From the IMG/VR virus record IMGVR_UViG_3300032132_000001, positions 298,573 to 362,572 of that record: a stretch of 64,000 bases of DNA, one strand, 5' to 3'. The number at the start of each line of letters is the position of its first letter. Within the stretch, counting starts at the first letter, position 1. The notes under the pieces are model-generated. The model was not told the DNA's origin. It searched no databases and saw nothing but the letters and a program-made list of their open reading frames with translations. Source of the DNA: a virus. Of the stretch, positions 55,811 to 64,000 are shown piece by piece. The translations under genes were made by a program, and so were the position numbers.

Positions 55811-55812
55811 CC

Positions 55813-56946
55813 ATGGCTGAAACTGCTTACCAATACTCAGTTAGCGATTTCTCCAGCGGAGTAGATGCCGGCACTCTGTCAGATGAGATTCGTTCTTCCG
55901 GTATTGTTACTGCTCTTGATAGAGTAGATATTATTTCATCTGATGTTTTTGTGGTCTTCAAGGCCGCTCTTTCTGATCAAGACTTAACAACTCTAGATGG
56001 GAACGCTACTTCTATCGGTGGCCTAATTGCTGCACACCAAGGCACGCCAGTAGAGATATCACAAAATGTCAACATTTCAAACAGCTTTATCGATGTTCAC
56101 CCCCTAAAAGCTGCAGATACAGATGGTGTTGGTAGAGCTTACGCTTTTTCTCCGAGCTTCACAGACAAATGCACATGGTGGTATAAATCTCTATATGTAG
56201 ATCATGAGATAGTTGCCACAGCGGATGGGGTGGAAGACACATTCAGCCTCGCCAACGGGTATGTTATTGATCTTATTCATGGCAAGATCACTGAGGAAGA
56301 ACTCATCGCAGTACCTGAACAAGGCATCAGCGATGAGCCCACACAGTGGGACCCAGTGGTAAAGGTCGATGGTGTTGTACAACAACGCGTGCCGGCGTTC
56401 CAAGAAACAACACCTAGCCCAACAGATGGTGATGATTACTATATCGCATATGATACAGGTGAGATTATCTTCTTAGCAGCACCAACCAACGGCGCCGAGA
56501 TCACCTGTTCTTATTTCTATAGTCCACTTTCTCCCGGTAGCAGTTTCATGGAATACAAGCCGCCGGTTGGATACCAATGGCTTGTCGACTATGCAGAAGT
56601 CCAGTTCTCAGAAGATGTATCAATGAACGATGAGGTGCATTTCACAGTGGTTGTGGAGCACCCACTCTTTGGTGACATCATTGCTGCACCTCCTTCTGTA
56701 TACAAAACTGCCGGTAACTTGCTCGACTACTCTTTCGGATCCCACCCGCTGGTGCCGCCATTTGGTGGGCCTATCAGGGGTACCCAGAAGAGCACCATCA
56801 TCTTGAGATGGGAATATATCTCATCTATTACCATTAAGTCGTCCCTGCTACTGAAGATTCGGATTTCGTTGAAAGATGACGTTCCGTTCGCTGGCGAGCG
56901 CGCAACCTTTACCCTCTACGCGAGAGAGACTCTTGAAACAGCTTGA
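55813..56946 (+). CDS. structural-type hypothetical protein (377 aa)
   Basis: Paralogous N-terminus to 55136-55810; Asp/Thr/Val-rich. Confidence 0.5.
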   Translation: MAETAYQYSVSDFSSGVDAGTLSDEIRSSGIVTALDRVDIISSDVFVVFKAALSDQDLTTLDGNATSIGGLIAAHQGTPVEISQNVNISNSFIDVHPLKAADTDGVGRAYAFSPSFTDKCTWWYKSLYVDHEIVATADGVEDTFSLANGYVIDLIHGKITEEELIAVPEQGISDEPTQWDPVVKVDGVVQQRVPAFQETTPSPTDGDDYYIAYDTGEIIFLAAPTNGAEITCSYFYSPLSPGSSFMEYKPPVGYQWLVDYAEVQFSEDVSMNDEVHFTVVVEHPLFGDIIAAPPSVYKTAGNLLDYSFGSHPLVPPFGGPIRGTQKSTIILRWEYISSITIKSSLLLKIRISLKDDVPFAGERATFTLYARETLETA

Positions 56947-57735
56947 TCTGGTATTTTCTGGCTCTGGAGCACGGTTTCCCGCCTTCGTAGGTGCCCTACA
57001 GGCCATCGAGGACGCTGGATGGTCCGTGAGGCGTTTCGTGGGGTCTTCCGGTGGCGCCTTGGTAGGCGGGATGCACAAGGCTGGTATCTCGGTCAACGAC
57101 GTGGCCGAGATCATGTTCGAAACAGACTTCACTAAATTCGCCAACATCTCCCGCTGGCAGGTTGCTCTCATGATCCTTCTTTGTAGGGATTATTTGAACA
57201 ACGGTGAGAAGCTGGAAAAGAAGTTGGACCAATACCTACAGGGTATGACGATGGACGAGACAGAGGATCTCTGGATCGTCACCACCGACATGTGCAACGG
57301 TAAGGTCAAGATCTTCGACAAGAGTGATGTCGGTTTCCCAGTGGCCCGCGCTATCCGCGCAAGCGTTAGCATTCCAGTCGTCTGGAACCCCGTGAAGTAC
57401 AAAGACGGAGAGCTTTACGACGGCGGCATTCGCTACAACTTCCCAGTTGACTTCTTCGACGAAGATAAGGGCATCCCGGTGGTGGGCGTGCGAATGACTC
57501 AGAAATTCTCTGGTGTCAAGAAGAGTGGCATCGTACAAAAGATTAAATCTATTGCACATAATATGATCGATGCTCAAGAAGATGAGACCACAGAAGATTC
57601 GAAGGCCGAGCTAATCGTAGAGCTGGAAGATTTCGGAATCGGCTCTACTGATTTCGACATCTCAAGAGAGCAGAAGACGGATCTTATGGTCCAGAGCTAC
57701 TCAACCATGCAGGACGCTTTGGAACAGCTCGACTG

Positions 57736-57736
<1 letters not shown>
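56933..57736 (+). CDS. patatin-like phospholipase (second copy), probable TTG start
   Basis: LDLVFSGSGARFPAFVGAL, GSSGGALVGG (GxSxG) and LYDGGI (DGG). An in-frame TTG at 56933 gives (M)KQLDLVFSGSG, mirroring MKEVDLVLSGSS of the first copy, and cuts the 71-nt overlap of the track's ATG form (56876) to 14 nt. Confidence 0.55.
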
Positions 57737-59587
<1,851 letters not shown>

Positions 59588-59590
59588 ATT

Positions 59591-59779
59591 TTATCTTTGG
59601 CGAGGCGGTTTGTGGCCCCCGTAGTCTCGCTTGAAATGGGGATCCCCATGGCCGTACTCTACCGGGTCATCTTGGTCTACAGACATTCTGCATTCTGTGC
59701 AGATCCTGTGTAGACCCCGGTGAGTTAGGACTTCCTTCATCTCACCGCAGAAGTGACACTTTCGCTTCTCTAATTTCAC
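59591..59779 (-). CDS. small zinc-ribbon protein (62 aa)
   Basis: CHFCGEMKEV...RICTEC pair of CxxC motifs. I took the start from an in-frame GTG that overlaps the upstream stop (GTGA); the track's longer ATG form would overlap the glycosyltransferase gene by 124 nt. Confidence 0.35.
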   Translation of the reverse strand: MKLEKRKCHFCGEMKEVLTHRGLHRICTECRMSVDQDDPVEYGHGDPHFKRDYGGHKPPRQR

Positions 59780-60525
59780 GGGATCAGAGCCAGATTGTAG
59801 TAGGGATGATCTCTCATCCAATCTGGCATTTCGGTCTTGTCGAACGCCATCGGAGTCCAGATATCCTTGCAGGTGGGGTGCATATCCTTCATATCGCAAC
59901 CTGGTTTCCAGCGCTTGAAGCGATCAAACCAGTCCTTCCGCCATTCACCCTTGTGTCCGTGGATGTCAATCTTGTACTTGATATGCTTCACTTCCCTAGC
60001 ATATCCGAAATGGTAAATTGGACTCTTACCGTTCGGTAAATACTTGATTTCTTTTGTGGCTCCGATGCAACGGATCCGGTCTGGAACCATTCCATCTCTG
60101 CATACCCAGTCGAAACTGCGCCAGAAGTGAACCATATGAGACTTGCAGAGCTTGGCTGGGTCGGCCTTCGCCGCTGCGATAGACTCCCGTAACCCCTTCG
60201 GTTGCCACACCTCGTCAGCATCCACCACAATGATCATATCAGCATTTCGGCGCTTGGCAATGGCGTACGCTTCTTGCCGATGCATCCCTTCGTGTTTCCA
60301 CTTCCCTTCGACCCACTTGATCTTGTTACCGGGATCGCCAAAGCGGTAAAGAGAATCACGGACAGCTTTCTTGGAGTCCGGGTTCACCAGCTTGGTACCG
60401 TGACCGTGAGATGGTTGGTCAGAATATACTACCCAACATTCGTCTACGAACGGATATACTGACTTGATCGCCCAACCAAGATAGTCAGATCCATAGTGGC
60501 AGCAGGTGAACGAGATGATTTTCAT
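59776..60525 (-). CDS. glycosyltransferase, GT-A-like
   Basis: MKIISFTCCHYGSDYLGWAIKSVYPFVDECWVV...MIIVVDADEVW: N-terminal beta-alpha-beta pattern with a DxD-type VDADE motif. Confidence 0.5.
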   Translation of the reverse strand: MKIISFTCCHYGSDYLGWAIKSVYPFVDECWVVYSDQPSHGHGTKLVNPDSKKAVRDSLYRFGDPGNKIKWVEGKWKHEGMHRQEAYAIAKRRNADMIIVVDADEVWQPKGLRESIAAAKADPAKLCKSHMVHFWRSFDWVCRDGMVPDRIRCIGATKEIKYLPNGKSPIYHFGYAREVKHIKYKIDIHGHKGEWRKDWFDRFKRWKPGCDMKDMHPTCKDIWTPMAFDKTEMPDWMRDHPYYNLALIP

Positions 60526-61232
60526 TACTTTCCCCAGGTTGCGAACAGCTCCGGACCTTCCACTGTGCAGTGGTACCCTTCACGCTTCAAAAGCTCTGCG
60601 ATCTTTTCAGGGTTATAGCCATACTGCGCTGTGTTGGGTCGGCTGTATTCGCATAAGATAGTTGGGTGGCATTCTCGGATGATTCTCATAGCGCCCTTCA
60701 GCACATTGAGTTCCCCACCCTCCGTGTCGATCTTCATTAACTTAGGTTTGATATTTCGCCTGGCGCAGAAAGCGTCAACCGTTACCACATGGACCTGCAC
60801 TGGCTCTGTCTCTTTATGATTAGCTGGTCTTCCGCCAAGCATTGAAAGAGCAGCACAACTATCATGGATCACTTCGTGGAAAGTAGTTTTCTCTTCTTTC
60901 GCACCTACAGCGAATGGGAGAGCGATGGTCTTCTTTTCTAGTTCGTTCAACTTGACATTCTTACAAAGCTGATCGTACGTCCTTCGCGTTGGTTCAAAAG
61001 AGAAGATCCTCATATTATGAAACTTGCTGAGGAGCGCGTAAGACCCGGTACAAGCACCAATATCCAAAACCACCGGGTTCTCGTGTTTCATCGCCTCGTT
61101 TAGGAACCATCGGATCACACCAGGTTCCCTTGCGTGCGGCCCGCCTTCCGGCTCAAAAGAACCGCGAAGCTTGAGGCACGCTTTGGTGATTGTAGCTTCT
61201 AGTCCGTCAAAATACCGCGCAGTTACTGTCAT
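60525..61232 (-). CDS. FkbM-family SAM-dependent methyltransferase
   Basis: VVLDIGACTGSYALL (DIGAN.G.Y), IFSFEPTRRTYDQLCKNVKLN (FEP block) and NVLKGA match the Methyltransf_21/FkbM pattern. Confidence 0.65.
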   Translation of the reverse strand: MTVTARYFDGLEATITKACLKLRGSFEPEGGPHAREPGVIRWFLNEAMKHENPVVLDIGACTGSYALLSKFHNMRIFSFEPTRRTYDQLCKNVKLNELEKKTIALPFAVGAKEEKTTFHEVIHDSCAALSMLGGRPANHKETEPVQVHVVTVDAFCARRNIKPKLMKIDTEGGELNVLKGAMRIIRECHPTILCEYSRPNTAQYGYNPEKIAELLKREGYHCTVEGPELFATWGK

Positions 61233-61277
61233 GGGTGACCTCGTGATTTTCGTTTATATATCTATCAAACATAACGT

Positions 61278-61835
61278 ATGACATATGACGAAGCGATCTC
61301 TCAACTTCGCAAGTTCAAGAAGGTAATTGTTACCGGGCCACAGAGGTCTGGTACTACCATAGCTGGCAAGATGATCGCAGGTGATCTATCTTACCGGTAT
61401 GTGGATGAGGGTTTCCACTCTGTCGGATCTAATATCGGACTCCTGACAAACTTCCTCTCTGACAAAGAGAAGATTGTAGTCCAATGTCCGATTCTCGCTT
61501 TCCAAGCACACAATATGCCCCCTGGTTGGGCAGTTGTGTTTATGCGCCGAAACGTAGATGATATCCACCGCTCGCAAAAGCGCATCAACTGGGAATGGGA
61601 CGAAGCTGAGAAGAAGCAGTACAAGAAACTGTTCGCCGAAGAAAGACCGGGAGTCAATATTGACTTTAATCGGCGCATCTCAGCTATCAAGTATATCTTC
61701 TGGGACAGCTACCAGAAATCTAGAGTGAAGAACAAGTTCGAAATTGCATACGAGTCTCTATCCACTCACCCGATGTGGTTGAGCAAGGATCAGCGAAAAG
61801 GATTCGGTGCCAAGCAGACTGAGCTTAAGGGATGA
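61278..61835 (+). CDS. sulfotransferase-like P-loop protein
   Basis: KVIVTGPQRSGTTIAGKMIA resembles the 5'-PSB PAPS-binding loop (PKSGTT/PRSGTT) of sulfotransferases; weak but consistent with the neighbouring APS kinase. Confidence 0.45.
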   Translation: MTYDEAISQLRKFKKVIVTGPQRSGTTIAGKMIAGDLSYRYVDEGFHSVGSNIGLLTNFLSDKEKIVVQCPILAFQAHNMPPGWAVVFMRRNVDDIHRSQKRINWEWDEAEKKQYKKLFAEERPGVNIDFNRRISAIKYIFWDSYQKSRVKNKFEIAYESLSTHPMWLSKDQRKGFGAKQTELKG

Positions 61836-62481
61836 TCCATCCTATACCAGCCCGCATCGGGCCGGGGGCTTCTGCTTTTCCGCACACATATATCTTGCCG
61901 CTCTTGCTCTCTCGGTCTGCCTCGTCGTAGAACTGCTTCACTCCTTCACAGCCACGCAACCCACTCGTACCGTGGAACGCGAAGACTTGAGTGAGGGGGA
62001 GGTAGATTTCTTGGCACTTTTTCATGGATTCGTATGATCTGTCGGCGTCGATAAAGACTAGATCGAATTTGTTTCCCTGTCGAACCATCCACCTTTGGGC
62101 GATGTCGTGGTCCAGCTTCGATTTGCAGTAGTGATCTTTCAAGTGCCAAGGTTCAGGCTCTTTTACGTCGATCACATAGGTATTCCACTTCATCATGTTC
62201 CGAAGGAAGCGGTAAAGCCCTCCAGAGCCCGTTCCAACTTCTAGTATCTTGTGTTCGCTTCCTGGGGCGAACCCCATGTCATAGAGGCGTAGAATAAATG
62301 CTGCGAGTTCTGCCGGGTTCTGTTGAATATCCCATCCTCGACCAGTAGGCCCATAGGATTCATCAACTCCGCAGAACTCGATCTTCTCTTTTAGCGATTG
62401 GTACGTATCCATGTTACCCTCGTATTTGATCGCTTTATATACGGAGAACGCTATGAGACTAAAGGACAAGAGAACAATCAT
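61825..62481 (-). CDS. class-I SAM-dependent methyltransferase, CmcI/TylF-like
   Basis: ILEVGTGSGGLYRFL (motif I), VIDVKE and FIDADRSYESM resemble the CmcI / macrocin-O-methyltransferase family. Confidence 0.5.
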   Translation of the reverse strand: MIVLLSFSLIAFSVYKAIKYEGNMDTYQSLKEKIEFCGVDESYGPTGRGWDIQQNPAELAAFILRLYDMGFAPGSEHKILEVGTGSGGLYRFLRNMMKWNTYVIDVKEPEPWHLKDHYCKSKLDHDIAQRWMVRQGNKFDLVFIDADRSYESMKKCQEIYLPLTQVFAFHGTSGLRGCEGVKQFYDEADRESKSGKIYVCGKAEAPGPMRAGIGWIIP

Positions 62482-63412
62482 TACCGGAGGGAGTGGATTC
62501 CTTGGTGTTCATCTGCGACAAGCTCTTATAGATCATGGGGTAACTAGTTTTACCTGTCTCAATAGTAAATCCTATGATCTTCGCCATAGGGAAGAGATCT
62601 ATAGGATGATGCTTGACCACGAGCCAGAAGTGGTAATCCACATGGCTGCAATTTGTGGTGGCATCGGGGCCAACATGAAGGAACCCGGCAGGTTCTTCTA
62701 CGAGAACGCTGTCATGAACCTCAATATGATGGAAGTAGCTAGGTTGCGTGGCGTGAAAAAGTACGTCGCCATTGGATCGATTTGTGCATTCCCGAAACAC
62801 TGTCCGGTCCCGTTCAAGGAAGAGGACATCTGGAACGGGTACCCTGAAGAGACAAATGCGCCCTACGGTATCGCTAAGAAGCTCCAACTAGTCCAGGCGC
62901 AAGCATATAGAGAGCAATATGGCTTCAATGCGATCTACCTCTCCCCAGTCAACCTATATGGCCCACACGACAACTTCGACCTACAGACATCACACGTTAT
63001 TCCTGCTATCATTCGCAAGTGCGTTAGGGCCAAAAGAGGTCTAGATGATAAGGTTGTCCTATGGGGCGATGGTAGGTGCACAAGAGAGTTTCTTTACGCT
63101 CCCGACTGCGCACAGGCAATCTTAATGGCTACAGAGAAGTACGACGGAAGTGAACCGATTAACATCGGTACTGGCGGAGAAATTGACATCTACACCTTGG
63201 CAATCACCATAGCTGGAGTTGTGGGTTATGAGGGTGAGATCGAATGGGATAAGTCATATCCCAACGGTCAACCAAGGAGATGTCTAGACGTTACTAAAGC
63301 GGAGCAGTATTTCGATTTTGTGGCACCCACCGCGCTCATGGACGGACTACAAGAGACCGTCGATTGGTATTTGAGCTTGGTGGATAGCGGCATGGTTGCA
63401 TTACCACTCTAA
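62453..63412 (+). CDS. fcl: GDP-L-fucose synthase (GDP-4-keto-6-deoxy-D-mannose 3,5-epimerase/4-reductase)
   Basis: Start at the internal ATG ([18 protein letters not shown]). [34 protein letters not shown] and [22 protein letters not shown] closely follow E. coli Fcl ([23 protein letters not shown]). Confidence 0.8.
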   Translation: [319 protein letters not shown]

Positions 63413-63431
63413 AAGTACATAGTCTGAGAAC

Positions 63432-63641
63432 TTGGAGGTCACCATGAGTGACAACGAACTAGACGGAACGTTGCTAGGCGAGCTTGAGGAGATTGTCCTT
63501 TCATGCAAGGAAGACTATCTGAAAGCGACAAAAAGCGGGGTAAAGCTCGCGGGTCGAAGAGTAAGAAAGAAGATGATGGAAGTGAAGCGCCTCTACAAGG
63601 ACATCCGGGACGAGATCAGCGAAAAGACGGGCAAGAAGTAA
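63432..63641 (+). CDS. hypothetical small acidic/basic protein (69 aa)
   Basis: ORF with a GGAGG SD. Confidence 0.35.
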   Translation: MEVTMSDNELDGTLLGELEEIVLSCKEDYLKATKSGVKLAGRRVRKKMMEVKRLYKDIRDEISEKTGKK

Positions 63642-63709
63642 AAGTAGGCTTCACCTGCCCTCGCTGCGGCAAGGACGATATCCGATCCAAGAGTGGCCTC
63701 ACACTTCAC

Positions 63710-64000
63710 ATGAAGAAGTGTGAGGTCAAGGAACAGGCCGAGGTCGAAGAGACCAAAGACAGTGAATACTGTCTTGTAAATGGCCGTCGCCTTGAGACTC
63801 ACAAAAAGAACGTGTTCCAGCTTATCTTGGAAGACTTCTTTGAGACGGATACCAATGTATTCCCTGCGGTCAAGGAGTACTTCGTCACGAGCGGTGAGGC
63901 GATAGCCAAGATCGAGAGACTTGAAAAGGACGCCTGGAAATTGGCCGGGGATGCTCGCCGATTGAAAGGTCTACTCGTCAAAGCCCGCGCTGAGGCGAAG
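63710..64000 (+). CDS. hypothetical protein, 3'-partial (runs off the window)
   Basis: Open frame to the window end from ATG 63710. The same frame upstream encodes FTCPRCGKD...C without any canonical start, so the true start is unresolved. Confidence 0.25.
   Translation, partial: MKKCEVKEQAEVEETKDSEYCLVNGRRLETHKKNVFQLILEDFFETDTNVFPAVKEYFVTSGEAIAKIERLEKDAWKLAGDARRLKGLLVKARAEAK

Overview
The window is densely coding (about 85 plausible CDS, tiny intergenic gaps, many ATGA/TAATG start-stop overlaps), reads in the standard genetic code, and uses Shine-Dalgarno sites. My inference is that it is a segment of a large (jumbo-type) bacteriophage or similar bacterial mobile genome, not a cellular chromosome and not a eukaryotic giant virus. 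The reasons are long co-directional arrays of lineage-specific hypothetical proteins, several tandem paralog families of fibre-like proteins with collagen-like G-X-Y runs and a tail-fibre-type N-terminal motif, a 2662-aa highly charged protein, and a sigma-70-family factor. These are interleaved with many host-like genes. Genes I recognise from motifs: a CitE/HpcH-family aldolase (partial), RmlD-like reductase, methylisocitrate-lyase-like enzyme (KRCGH), sigma-70 family factor, Nudix hydrolase fused to a lineage-specific domain, GT2 glycosyltransferase, DUF559/Vsr-like endonuclease, NYN-domain protein, peptide deformylase with a SEC-C tail, GroES-like co-chaperonin, ClpP-family protease, metallophosphoesterase, Fe/Mn superoxide dismutase, adenosine-deaminase-family hydrolase, GDP-mannose 4,6-dehydratase, an N-terminally truncated RF1-type release factor (PrfH-like), two patatin-like phospholipases, APS kinase, sulfotransferase-like P-loop protein, FkbM and CmcI-like methyltransferases, several glycosyltransferases and GDP-L-fucose synthase. 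I found no rRNA, tRNA, CRISPR array or transposon by eye, and I could not recognise a terminase, portal, capsid, polymerase or other hallmark gene, so the phage assignment rests on architecture. The most interesting candidates are: a virus-encoded glycan-tailoring module for sulfated and methylated 6-deoxyhexose; a domain-1-less release factor; a PDF-GroES-ClpP proteostasis cassette; and a four-member paralog family sharing an I(T/S)DDPDV motif, one member fused to Nudix with an apparent circular permutation.
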